Shown: piece after piece, positions 1 through 9,216 of the stretch
Numbering within the stretch: the first letter of the stretch is position 1
How the letters are laid out: the number at the start of each line of letters is the position of its first letter
Source: a virus
Lineage: Duplodnaviria > Caudoviricetes
Reading direction: 5' to 3' (one strand)
IMG/VR virus record: IMGVR_UViG_3300030331_000022
Span: 1-51,657 of that record
DNA: 51,657 nt
The notes under the pieces: model-generated
The model's input: the letters and a program-made list of their open reading frames with translations, nothing else
The model's database searches: none
Told to the model about the DNA's origin: nothing
Translations under genes and position numbers: made by a program

Positions 1-2749
1 CTATTTCATTACTTGTGTCGCCTGTTGATTTAACTAAAATACCCTCATCACCTGCATCAGTACGTATTTCTAAATTTTTTGCTGGACTTGAGGTCCCAAT
101 TCCAACGTTGCCACGATCAAGAACAAGGTTGTCAGTAAATGACGTGCCATTATTTCTCAAAGTAAATGAATATTGGACTAGGCCAGATGAAACAACCTGA
201 TTGAGTTTTAAATCAAACTCACTACTAGACGTTAAAGAATACATCCAGTTTTGGACTACGTTTGTACCAACACCTTGTGCTGCGGGTTGTATAGTTAAAG
301 GAGCATCTTGATTTGTAGCTCCAACCCCAACGAAGCCATCAGTGTTAATTCGCATACGTTCAACAGCAGCACTCTCACTTGTACCTGAACTCCCACCAGG
401 AGCAGTAAAAAACTTTATGTTAGAGCCGCCTGTTCCACCACCAGCCCCACCTTTTAGTTGCAAGTCGGTACCTGGTTGGTTTGTACTACCTGCACCACTA
501 GAGCCTTGAATGATGCCAGTTGAGTTACCACCAGTAGCACCAACCACGAGAGAACCAAAGACATTGGTATTTTGACTGGAGTCGACCCGAATACCCTCTG
601 CGCCGCCAGTAACTAACGTCACCGTATCGCCTGTCGGTCTGGTCATGCCTGTGTTTGTGTCATTAGAAAAGGCAAAAGTTGGTGCTGAAACTGCGCCTGA
701 CGCACCTTGAATTTGATTATTGAATATGGCTGTTCCTGCATCTGACATGTCTAGGGTAAGGGCAGTTATTGTAGAACCACCATCGTTACCCCTAAATCTC
801 ATGTCATCATCTTGAACAGTGGAAATAATATCAACGTTGGCACCGTCAGTAATTTTAAATTGCATTTCTTGAGTACCATCAGCCGCAATCCTAACATCTC
901 CACCTGATACATCAAGGGTGATATCACCAGCAACATCAAAGGTTAGATCACCTGCACTCTCAAAGTCACCATTAGAACCATCGTGAGTAATTTTTAAGTC
1001 ACTGTCTGCACCAATGCTAAGTACAGCACCATCGTGATCTAAAAGAACATCACCTTTTATTGTAGTAAGAGATCCAACAGCATTACCAATAGTTACATCT
1101 ACTTCATCTTCAGCATTACCATCTCTTATTTCTAATCCTGATTGAGTTTCACCATCATGTGATGCCACTCTAAACTTCATGTAACCACCTGCACTTGCAG
1201 CAGCAGCAGCATTAATATGTGTTTCTATTGAGCCATAAGTAACATCAGCATTGTTCTCTGAGTTTCTACCTACAAAAAGTATTCTGCCTATTTCATCATC
1301 ACCAGCAGCACTTGCAGATTCTCTTTCAAATACCATTACAGGTCCAACAGAAGCATCTGCATCTGTAGATTTAAGAGTAAGTTGAGTAGAGTTATCAGAA
1401 GTTACAACTTCAACAGAGGTGTTAAAAACTGCAGAGCCACTAACATCTAGAGTACCATTAATATCAATATCTGTAGCAGTAAGATCAATTTCATCAGTAG
1501 CACCTAGTGACAATACGGTTCCACTAGAACCTTGAATAAACTGACTTGCGTCATTAAACATGATCTTATTAGTAGAGTTTAGTGTAAGTCCAGAACCATC
1601 AGTGTGTGTAAGAGTAGTATCACCATCATCACCAAATGATAACACTGCATTATCTGAGTCAAGAAACAAATCATCTGCTATAGTTAAATCACCTGTAGAG
1701 CTTAGTGTCATTTTAGCAGTGGCACTAGCAGCAGCAGTTTCAGATGCACCAGTAGTAAAAACTAATTTAGTAGAGTTAACACTAGAGGTAAACTCTGCCT
1801 CTGCTATAGCATGTATACCTGCAGCCACAGTAGCAGCATCTGTACCACTATCATCCCCTGCAGCAAACTCAATAGAACCAATAACTTCATTTGCAGTTAT
1901 TTCATTTTCTTCAGATTTAAGTTGTATTACTATTGGTTTATTATCACCTGTATTAGTGTTAGTAATTGTCAAACCTGTATCTGCTACATGAGTAACAGTT
2001 ATTTCACTATCTGCACCAAATGATAATACAGAGGCATCAGATAAAAGTTTAAGATCATTACCAAGCACTGCATCTTTAGCTACAGACAATCCACCATCTG
2101 TTTGTAGAGAGCCATCTGTTGTAGATGTTGCATCTGTAGCATCATCTGTTTTAAGGATACCTGCAGCAGTTACATTAGCTCCACTAAATGTAAGTGCAGT
2201 TGTAGATCCTGATTTAATTATTAAGTTACCTGATGTATTAGTTAATGCAGCATATTGTGTACCAGCATCTTTTAAAAATACATCACCACCATCTGCATCA
2301 AGCACAATGTCATCTGCAGTGTCAAGTATCAAATCACCAGTGTCATTTACAATGTAAGAGTTTGTTCCACCATGATACAAATTAAGATCTTCACTTGCCC
2401 CTAATGTTATACGTCCAACAGCACTATCACCTGTAAGATCATCTGCATCTGCATCTACAATAACTTTAATCGTATTAATAAACAAATCTTTAAAAGATAA
2501 AGAAGATGTACCCAAGTCTATTGCATTATTTGATTTAGGTGAAACAATCGTAGCACTAACGGTAATATCTTGTGCAGGACCAACAACAGATACTGGTCCA
2601 CCTTCAGCAGATGTACCATCATGTGTGTGACCACTTGTAGAAAATGCAGTTACAATGGCATCAAACTCTCCATCAAAGTCTGCAGCATTAATAACATTAC
2701 CGTCAGCAATATTATTGTCTGTATCGTTTCTTGTATAACCTGTTCCCAT
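1..2749 (-). CDS. Tail fibre / receptor-binding protein (partial, runs off the window start)
   Basis: Not in the ORF track because it has no stop in the window. ATG at 2749 (MGTGYTRNDTDNNIADGNVINAADFDGEFDAI...GHTHDG), open for more than 900 codons. Gly/Thr/Asp-rich beta-repeats and a GNVGIGTSSP motif typical of phage fibres; follows the tail genes. Confidence 0.85.
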   Translation of the reverse strand, partial: MGTGYTRNDTDNNIADGNVINAADFDGEFDAIVTAFSTSGHTHDGTSAEGGPVSVVGPAQDITVSATIVSPKSNNAIDLGTSSLSFKDLFINTIKVIVDADADDLTGDSAVGRITLGASEDLNLYHGGTNSYIVNDTGDLILDTADDIVLDADGGDVFLKDAGTQYAALTNTSGNLIIKSGSTTALTFSGANVTAAGILKTDDATDATSTTDGSLQTDGGLSVAKDAVLGNDLKLLSDASVLSFGADSEITVTHVADTGLTITNTNTGDNKPIVIQLKSEENEITANEVIGSIEFAAGDDSGTDAATVAAGIHAIAEAEFTSSVNSTKLVFTTGASETAAASATAKMTLSSTGDLTIADDLFLDSDNAVLSFGDDGDTTLTHTDGSGLTLNSTNKIMFNDASQFIQGSSGTVLSLGATDEIDLTATDIDINGTLDVSGSAVFNTSVEVVTSDNSTQLTLKSTDADASVGPVMVFERESASAAGDDEIGRILFVGRNSENNADVTYGSIETHINAAAAASAGGYMKFRVASHDGETQSGLEIRDGNAEDEVDVTIGNAVGSLTTIKGDVLLDHDGAVLSIGADSDLKITHDGSNGDFESAGDLTFDVAGDITLDVSGGDVRIAADGTQEMQFKITDGANVDIISTVQDDDMRFRGNDGGSTITALTLDMSDAGTAIFNNQIQGASGAVSAPTFAFSNDTNTGMTRPTGDTVTLVTGGAEGIRVDSSQNTNVFGSLVVGATGGNSTGIIQGSSGAGSTNQPGTDLQLKGGAGGGTGGSNIKFFTAPGGSSGTSESAAVERMRINTDGFVGVGATNQDAPLTIQPAAQGVGTNVVQNWMYSLTSSSEFDLKLNQVVSSGLVQYSFTLRNNGTSFTDNLVLDRGNVGIGTSSPAKNLEIRTDAGDEGILVKSTGDTSNEI

Positions 2750-2753
2750 TGTT

Positions 2754-5117
2754 TTACCTTCTTGTGTTTGTGCCGTACTCTAATGTCACTGTGTCAAGTG
2801 AAAAAGGTGGATCTGTACTATTACTTCTAAATTGTATTGCTGTTGTAAATCCTGTGCCTACTGTTTGTGTATTAAATAAGTTTTGAACTTTACCACCAAA
2901 CACAGCACCAGCATCTGTAATTCTAACATTACTTATAGTTTGTGTCAAAGCATTGCTTATAGTTATTGTAGTGCCATCTACATTTGTAATAGTAGTACCA
3001 CTAGGTATTCCTGTTCCTGCTATTGTATCACCAAATACCATATCAGAATTATCAGCCACAGTTATCGTAGTTCCTCCACTAGAGCCAGAACCAGTTGTTG
3101 CAAACTTAGCAAAAGTATTTACACCAAAGAATGCAATCTGTGCAGTTTCATTAGAGAAAGTTATTGCTGCAGGTTGCACAGAGTTTAATTCATCAAAATC
3201 AAACTTTAAATTAAAATCAAAATTAACTGCACCCTGTGGATCTGTAAATAAATTTGCTTTGTATACTGTTTTACGAATCCTTGGATCATTAAACGGCATA
3301 AAAGGTGATAGATATTCTGCAGATATATTAGATCCATCAAAACTATTACCGTCTTCCATTTTATAAAGAAGCCCATTGTCACCAGAAAAAACAATAATTT
3401 CGTTTGAGCCTACCATTTTACTTGATGCAGAAAATACTTCCATACCTCTTATTTCTGCAAATTGAAAGTCTGTGCCACCTTGAGGAGAAAACTGTGTAGC
3501 TATTATACCTTTAGCTGCAGCCCCAACTTGATCAGGATTAAATGCAAACAATCTATACTGTGACTTAGCTCTAATAGTTAAACTGGTAAATAAACTAGAT
3601 GATCTTATAAAATCACCCAAGGTAGACTGTATGGCTTTTGATATAATCCCTAAACCAAAGTCATTATTACGATCTGTAGCACTAAGTAATCTTAAACCAT
3701 CTGCAGTAAGAAACATAACGTCACCGCCTATTTCTTGAACAGTGTCACCATCAATACAACCTATATCTTCACTAATCGGTGCCAATGCAAAATTAGCTAA
3801 TGCTGTGCCTGTTATTTGTTGTATTGTTTTATCTGTAAATATTATAAGAGATTCTCTAAAAGGTATTAATGCTGTAACAGAACCGCCAACTCTAAAACTA
3901 CCACCACCATTACCCGATGTAAAATCACTATCCAATAATGGTCCTGTAAAAGAAACTACATCTCCCTTGCCATAAAATATATGTGTTTTAAAAGCAGTTA
4001 CATGTGTCGCAGATAATACATCAGATGGAGCACCTGTAAGCTCTACAAAGCTAGTACCATCATACAATGCAGGTGGGTTAGCTCCATCAACTATTGCAAC
4101 CTTACGTGTTCCTGTAAAGTTATATTCAGCAAATCTAGTTCTACCTGCACCTTCTCTGTTTAAACTTATAAACGTTACAGCAGCATTATCAGCAGGGGTA
4201 GATGCTAGGTTAGGACTTATTGCTAGTGTCTGTCCACCTGTACCACCAGCATCAGAAGTAACGGTATATACCTTATCAACATCAGCTATAGTAAACATAT
4301 CTCCTATTTGAGGAGCAACAGTTAATCCATCTACTGCTAATGTACCACCTGAGTTAGACCCACCATTAACCAACACAGTGCCATACGCAGGTACATTTAC
4401 TTTTGTAAAGCCACTACCAGATGTTTTATACAAGTCTGAGTTTAGTGCTACAATAACATCATCACCAAAAACTTCTACACCCTGTGTTCTGTAAGCAGTG
4501 TCATATGTTTTAAATGTTAATGCTGCACCATTTAATGGACTAAACTCTAATGCTACATCATTGCTTAAAGATTGTGAAGAAGATAAAACAATATTATTTT
4601 GATCTGTTACACTAGCCACAGTTACAGTTCCTGAAATACCTGTCCCTGTAACTTCCATTCCTGCTTCTATAGTGCCAGAATTTCCATCTAATACTAATGC
4701 TGTAGCACTACTTATTGCACCATTTACATTTGCTGTAGCACCAAGACTAGCAGATAGTGTTAACGTAGTTCTATTGTTACCAGCATCAAAAGATACACCT
4801 GTTATTGTATGTGTTCCTGTTATACCTGCTACAGTAAATGTATCTCCTGCTACAGGTGTAGTGTGTGTCCTAGCTACAGTTAGTGTAGTTCCTGTTTGAC
4901 CTTTTCCATCTACAACTGCTAGTCCGTATGGTGGTATCTTATTAGCATCAAACTTACTAAACCCAAGTATTCTCCTATACCCACCAACAATAGATGGCTC
5001 AAAGTTTTTTAGAGTTATTGCAGATCCAGGCATATTAATACCTTGTTGCAACGGACTTATATTTGTTACAAGCCCACCTCTAAACTCTACAGGAAACGTT
5101 TGTCGTTTAGTTGGCAT
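2754..5117 (-). CDS. Tail nozzle / tail tubular protein B-like structural protein with inserted small beta-rich modules
   Basis: 787 aa, N-terminal FRGGL..N, beta-propeller-like hydrophobic repeats, located between the adaptor and the fibre as in podoviruses. Confidence 0.65.
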   Translation of the reverse strand: MPTKRQTFPVEFRGGLVTNISPLQQGINMPGSAITLKNFEPSIVGGYRRILGFSKFDANKIPPYGLAVVDGKGQTGTTLTVARTHTTPVAGDTFTVAGITGTHTITGVSFDAGNNRTTLTLSASLGATANVNGAISSATALVLDGNSGTIEAGMEVTGTGISGTVTVASVTDQNNIVLSSSQSLSNDVALEFSPLNGAALTFKTYDTAYRTQGVEVFGDDVIVALNSDLYKTSGSGFTKVNVPAYGTVLVNGGSNSGGTLAVDGLTVAPQIGDMFTIADVDKVYTVTSDAGGTGGQTLAISPNLASTPADNAAVTFISLNREGAGRTRFAEYNFTGTRKVAIVDGANPPALYDGTSFVELTGAPSDVLSATHVTAFKTHIFYGKGDVVSFTGPLLDSDFTSGNGGGSFRVGGSVTALIPFRESLIIFTDKTIQQITGTALANFALAPISEDIGCIDGDTVQEIGGDVMFLTADGLRLLSATDRNNDFGLGIISKAIQSTLGDFIRSSSLFTSLTIRAKSQYRLFAFNPDQVGAAAKGIIATQFSPQGGTDFQFAEIRGMEVFSASSKMVGSNEIIVFSGDNGLLYKMEDGNSFDGSNISAEYLSPFMPFNDPRIRKTVYKANLFTDPQGAVNFDFNLKFDFDELNSVQPAAITFSNETAQIAFFGVNTFAKFATTGSGSSGGTTITVADNSDMVFGDTIAGTGIPSGTTITNVDGTTITISNALTQTISNVRITDAGAVFGGKVQNLFNTQTVGTGFTTAIQFRSNSTDPPFSLDTVTLEYGTNTRR

Positions 5118-5120
5118 GGA

Positions 5121-6065
5121 TTACAATACTCTGCTTGGTAGTATCTTAGTGTTCATTGCTCCTGTGGCAATAGCTGTTGAACGAACATAGTCATATCTAT
5201 TAATGTAAAGAGTACGCATATTTTTAATACCATCATCAAATGCACTTTTTAAAACCATAGCCTCTTGTGTTTCACCTCTAAACATATAAGCTGTATACAT
5301 AGCCCCATCTACAATTACATATCTAAATTGTACAGGTAAACTAGGAACATCTGTAGCTGCTGATAAATTAGTAGGCAGTTTGTAATAATCAAACTCTAAC
5401 ACATAAGGTTTGTCAGGGTATGGATAAAGTAAATAGTTATTGTCAGGGGTTCTTACAATAGCTCTAGGTACTTCTCCTTCGTTAAACTGTGTAACCACAG
5501 TGCTATTTGCTATAGTAGCTGCAGTTGTATTATTTGCTCCTCTAGTACATCCAGTAAAATCATTACCTGATATACCTGTGTAAGTTATTTCTTCAGCCCC
5601 TATATGCAAAGTACCCGTAGCCGAAAAGTTTGTTGTTGATGCGACAGTTATTGTTGTTACAGATGCAGATAGTCCAGAAGAAGCATTAACTGTAGTAGAT
5701 ACTATGGGGTCTTCTTGATTTGCATAATCTTTTGCTATGTATTCTTTATAGTCTAAAATACTTAAACTATTACCTATTGAACTTAAATTTACATCTTTTT
5801 TAATTCTTGCTGTAGAATAGTCTACAGACTTTGCATCTGTAGGTATAGAGTATCTAACTACACCTGCAGTTAAAGTTTTTGTTTCTGTATCATGGTTAAA
5901 TGGAAAGCCATACTCATGCTGATTAATATATCTTATAGAAGAGTTAATAGCATCCTTTACCATAGCATACTCACCTATTGCAGAGGCAAAATTACTAGCA
6001 GTAAGTTCAACCTCGTTTAGCCTTCTATTAACATCATTAACTAAACCTAAATAATCGTATGCCAT
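5121..6065 (-). CDS. Head-tail adaptor / tail tubular protein A-like
   Basis: N-terminal YLGLVNDVNRRLNE and C-terminal LYPYPD...P.LP.QF..VIVDGA pattern typical of podovirus adaptors; follows the capsid genes. Confidence 0.7.
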   Translation of the reverse strand: MAYDYLGLVNDVNRRLNEVELTASNFASAIGEYAMVKDAINSSIRYINQHEYGFPFNHDTETKTLTAGVVRYSIPTDAKSVDYSTARIKKDVNLSSIGNSLSILDYKEYIAKDYANQEDPIVSTTVNASSGLSASVTTITVASTTNFSATGTLHIGAEEITYTGISGNDFTGCTRGANNTTAATIANSTVVTQFNEGEVPRAIVRTPDNNYLLYPYPDKPYVLEFDYYKLPTNLSAATDVPSLPVQFRYVIVDGAMYTAYMFRGETQEAMVLKSAFDDGIKNMRTLYINRYDYVRSTAIATGAMNTKILPSRVL

Positions 6066-6085
6066 CTTATTCCCTTAGATCAAGC

Positions 6086-6112
6086 TAAAGGGGCCAACCT
6101 AAGTCAGCCCCT
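6086..6112 (-). terminator. Intrinsic terminator-like hairpin after the capsid and decoration genes
   Basis: Minus strand AGGGGCTGAC-TTAG-GTTGGCCCCT followed by TTAGCTT. The short U tract suggests partial read-through into the tail genes. Confidence 0.6.
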
Positions 6113-6119
6113 AAAGTTT

Positions 6120-6656
6120 TTATGCGAGTAGATCACGATCCACTTCATTAGCAGAGCTAGACTGTGTTACATCATCCAAGAGTACACATACTGCGTACAC
6201 ACGAATAATACCGCCAGTAATAGTTCCACCAGAAGTTTCAATTTCTACATCAATAGTATCTGCTGATGCAGTATATACTGGTAGTTGAGTACATACGCCA
6301 CCAGATGTAATTGGAGGAGTGTGTGCTCCTACTGATGCACCATCTAGATCAAACGATGCAACAAATACATCCACGTCTGTACCAGTAATACCTACATGAA
6401 TAGCAGAGTCTGTAGTAGTACCTTCCATTGCAGTGACAACTTTAAATCCTGCAAATAGGATCAAAGTGTTTGCAGGGACAGCAATAGCTTCAATAATATC
6501 ATTTGCTGCTAGTGCAGTACCACCGTTTTGTAGGATAGCATCTGCAAGATCAATATCGTTCTGCAGAGTTACTAAACTTCCACGAAGCTGTTTATTGCCA
6601 GTACCGCCATTATTGGAAGTAGAGGCTGAGTTCGTGCTCATCGAAATAGTAGCCAT
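6120..6656 (-). CDS. Putative capsid decoration / minor capsid protein
   Basis: 178 aa beta-rich ORF directly after the major capsid gene with a strong RBS (AAGGGAG) and before the terminator. Confidence 0.6.
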   Translation of the reverse strand: MATISMSTNSASTSNNGGTGNKQLRGSLVTLQNDIDLADAILQNGGTALAANDIIEAIAVPANTLILFAGFKVVTAMEGTTTDSAIHVGITGTDVDVFVASFDLDGASVGAHTPPITSGGVCTQLPVYTASADTIDVEIETSGGTITGGIIRVYAVCVLLDDVTQSSSANEVDRDLLA

Positions 6657-6672
6657 AATTCAATCTCCCTTC

Positions 6673-7746
6673 TTATGCTGCGTTATACTTGGCAGTGGTG
6701 ATAGCTTCTGGACGAAGAATCTTCCTACCATATAGATGCATACCACGAACAATGTCAGCAAAGCTGTCAGGGTCACGATATGTTTCTGTCTTATTAATCT
6801 GCTCTGCAGTTGCAACAGCAGAATCATGTCCAGCAACAATCACACCAAAATTTGAGTTTTGGTTAGCTGTTCCTGATGTTCCTGGACCTGTGCCTACGGC
6901 AGGAAGGTTTGAGGATACATACAAACGGAACCCGTGAAAGTTGTTGATTACAAGACCGTTACGTAGTCCACCTGACTCACCATAGTCTCCGTTCATAAAA
7001 CGGCTATCTTCGTCAGAAAGGATTTCCATAAACACTGGATCAATTACGAGCCAACGACCTTGTGTATCAACTTGTTGCTGATCAAGCAAACGTTTCATAC
7101 GTGCAATAATCATTGCAGGTGAAACAGTTGCAGTTGGAAGTGATGTGGCTCCAGGCATACGAGCAGTTACTGGAATCGAATGATCGCCAGCAGATGTCGT
7201 GGAGATGTTGCCAAAATCACCCTTCTTTAGTTTCATGCTTGAAAGCAGTTCATCATCACCTGCAGTCAAAACAGCTTTTTCACCACTTGCGGTGTCATTT
7301 GCTGTATCTGCCTTTGCATGTAATGCTGACTGTTTAAAGCCTGACATATAACCAAGAACTTCTTGGTCATACTGGTCAGCCAAACGATATGCTGCACGAT
7401 CTGTTGCCAGATCCATGAAGTTTACGTGACTGTGTGCCTCTTCGATGTCATCCATCTTAAAAGCAAAGTAGTTTGACTTGTCAACTACCAATGTGAAATC
7501 TTCATCGTCTAGGTCTTGTGCAGTGACAGTTGTGCCACGTGTATAAGCCTGAACGGAGATCTCAGGTTCTTTGATAATACGAACAGTATCACCTTGAGCA
7601 GAAATCTCCCCAAAGTAATCAGAGTTCGTAATATCCCCAACAGTAGCAGCCTTGCGAAAAGCAAGCTGAACCTGTTTGGAGTAGATTATAGGACTAAAAT
7701 TACCGTTAGGTAGGTTCCCATAACCCGATGCTGATGAAAAAGCCAT
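6673..7746 (-). CDS. Major capsid protein (HK97 fold)
   Basis: NFSPIIYSKQV, GEISAQGDTVRII and DSFADIVRGMHLYGRKILRPEA motifs; strong RBS AGGAGG; follows the scaffold gene. Confidence 0.92.
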   Translation of the reverse strand: MAFSSASGYGNLPNGNFSPIIYSKQVQLAFRKAATVGDITNSDYFGEISAQGDTVRIIKEPEISVQAYTRGTTVTAQDLDDEDFTLVVDKSNYFAFKMDDIEEAHSHVNFMDLATDRAAYRLADQYDQEVLGYMSGFKQSALHAKADTANDTASGEKAVLTAGDDELLSSMKLKKGDFGNISTTSAGDHSIPVTARMPGATSLPTATVSPAMIIARMKRLLDQQQVDTQGRWLVIDPVFMEILSDEDSRFMNGDYGESGGLRNGLVINNFHGFRLYVSSNLPAVGTGPGTSGTANQNSNFGVIVAGHDSAVATAEQINKTETYRDPDSFADIVRGMHLYGRKILRPEAITTAKYNAA

Positions 7747-7782
7747 GATATAATCCTCCTATAAGTTTGGCTTCACTATGAG

Positions 7783-7942
7783 CTAAACATATTTACATAG
7801 AGGCTGAATGATCTAATAGGGTGCATACTCTACTGATTGGCCTATCAGTTTTGTACGGGCCTATACACAAACAGGTAAGTCTTTTTGTTTAGGCTAATAT
7901 TAAGTATTCTTACTAGAAGGTAGTCCTATTAAGGGGCTTCTA
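7783..7942 (-). ncRNA. Structured 5' leader RNA of the major capsid gene (candidate cis-regulatory element)
   Basis: Nested stems readable by eye: CUAAACA/UGUUUAG, AGA/UCU, CUG/CAG, AUAGG/CCUAU, CGUAC/GUAUG, ACUGAU/AUCAGU, plus a separate UAGAAG/CUUCUA hairpin. Three CC / C..AC internal loops. Confidence 0.55.
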
Positions 7943-7952
7943 ACAATTATAC

Positions 7953-7985
7953 ATATAGTTATACTGTATATTTTTTATTTGTCAA
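7953..7985 (-). promoter_or_regulatory. Sigma70-like promoter upstream of the capsid gene
   Basis: Minus strand TTGACA-N16-TATAACTATA in the intergenic region. Confidence 0.65.
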
Positions 7986-7992
7986 CAGTATT

Positions 7993-8850
7993 TTATCGTG
8001 CAGAGCCAGATAAGTCATAAACAAACTTACCTGATCTGATTGATTCCATAATTGCGTCTGCAGCCTTTTCATATTGGTCTGCATTCATTTTAGCAACTTG
8101 AGATTCTTTAAACACGCCACTCGTATCTGTTGTTGCAGGTTCACTACGACTGGCACGACTATTAACTGATTTAGCTGCATCTTTTGAGCTATCTACTTTT
8201 TTAGTTTTAATGTTACGATCTGACTTATATAAATCAATAGCTCTTGCAGCAGAACGTGAGTCAGTATCATTTTCATATAATGCATCCTGTACCCACTTAG
8301 GTTGTTCATCTGCCCACTCATGAAAATCATCACTGTCTCTTATTTGACCAAAGTCAGGGTGAATTTGCATCAATTCTGCCTCTGCTTTTTCACGAGATGC
8401 AGTGGCTCTCATTTCATTTATTTCTTTTACTTTATCTTCTAATCCTGCAGATTGTTCTCTAGCTTTTTTAATTGCAATAGTTTCTACTATAGCTGCAACA
8501 TCAGGATGTTGTTTTGCCCAAGCATCAATATCTTCATCTGATTTAGGTAGACGTATTTCTTTTTGTGTAACTTCTTTTAGTTGCTTTTCAAGATTTTTAA
8601 ACTTGTCTTCCCAATCTTTTTCTTTTTGTTGCATGTGTCTGCGAAGATCACCATAACGTTTCTTAAAACTTTTTTCTTCTGCATTTACAGGTTCTTCTTC
8701 TTTAACTTCCTCTATAGATTCTTCATTTTTATTGTCAAGAAGTTCTTTTAGTTCCTGTTCATCTTTTTTTATTCTATTTTCATTTGCATTTTTTCTTTTC
8801 ATAAATGCGACTTTTTTTGGTTCTTCTTTAACCATTACTGTTTCATTCAT
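7993..8850 (-). CDS. Capsid scaffolding protein
   Basis: Charged coiled-coil protein directly upstream of the capsid gene; FKKRYGDLRRH and HPDF...F.EW..EQP motifs. Confidence 0.8.
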   Translation of the reverse strand: MNETVMVKEEPKKVAFMKRKNANENRIKKDEQELKELLDNKNEESIEEVKEEEPVNAEEKSFKKRYGDLRRHMQQKEKDWEDKFKNLEKQLKEVTQKEIRLPKSDEDIDAWAKQHPDVAAIVETIAIKKAREQSAGLEDKVKEINEMRATASREKAEAELMQIHPDFGQIRDSDDFHEWADEQPKWVQDALYENDTDSRSAARAIDLYKSDRNIKTKKVDSSKDAAKSVNSRASRSEPATTDTSGVFKESQVAKMNADQYEKAADAIMESIRSGKFVYDLSGSAR

Positions 8851-8863
8851 TATATTTCTTTCA

Positions 8864-8906
8864 CTAGGGCCATCGTAGCCATGTTGGATGGGGGATGAGT
8901 AGCCAG
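8864..8906 (-). ncRNA. Structured hairpin in the scaffold gene leader
   Basis: Minus strand CUGG-CUAC-UCAUC-CC-CCA(UCCAACA)UGG-CUAC-GAUGG-CC-CUAG: a hairpin with two CC/CUAC internal loops, ending 13 nt upstream of the ATG. Confidence 0.55.
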
Positions 8907-8919
8907 CATATCTAGCAAT

Positions 8920-9216
8920 TTAACGTGTTGCTAGTCCACGTGGTTTTTCCATAGCACTAGGCATAGGAATATCTTGTTCTATTCTTTCAGGTTGTCTAGG
9001 CATGTCTGTTGGAATAGCATCCATTGTTTTATCAGGACGTTCAACAAAATTAAAAGCACTACCTAATTCTGGTCCAAGAACTTTACGAAGTACATCTGCT
9101 TGAGGTGTACCCTCCATATTTCTAAGGACTTCTTTTTCACTTTCTTCTAAATTATTATAATTACTAATAGCAAAGTCAATAAATTGAATTAGTGGATTAT
9201 TTTCTTCAGATTCCAT
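8920..9216 (-). CDS. Hypothetical acidic protein (C-terminal GLATR)
   Basis: 98 aa, TAATG-coupled to the upstream gene. Confidence 0.7.
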   Translation of the reverse strand: MESEENNPLIQFIDFAISNYNNLEESEKEVLRNMEGTPQADVLRKVLGPELGSAFNFVERPDKTMDAIPTDMPRQPERIEQDIPMPSAMEKPRGLATR

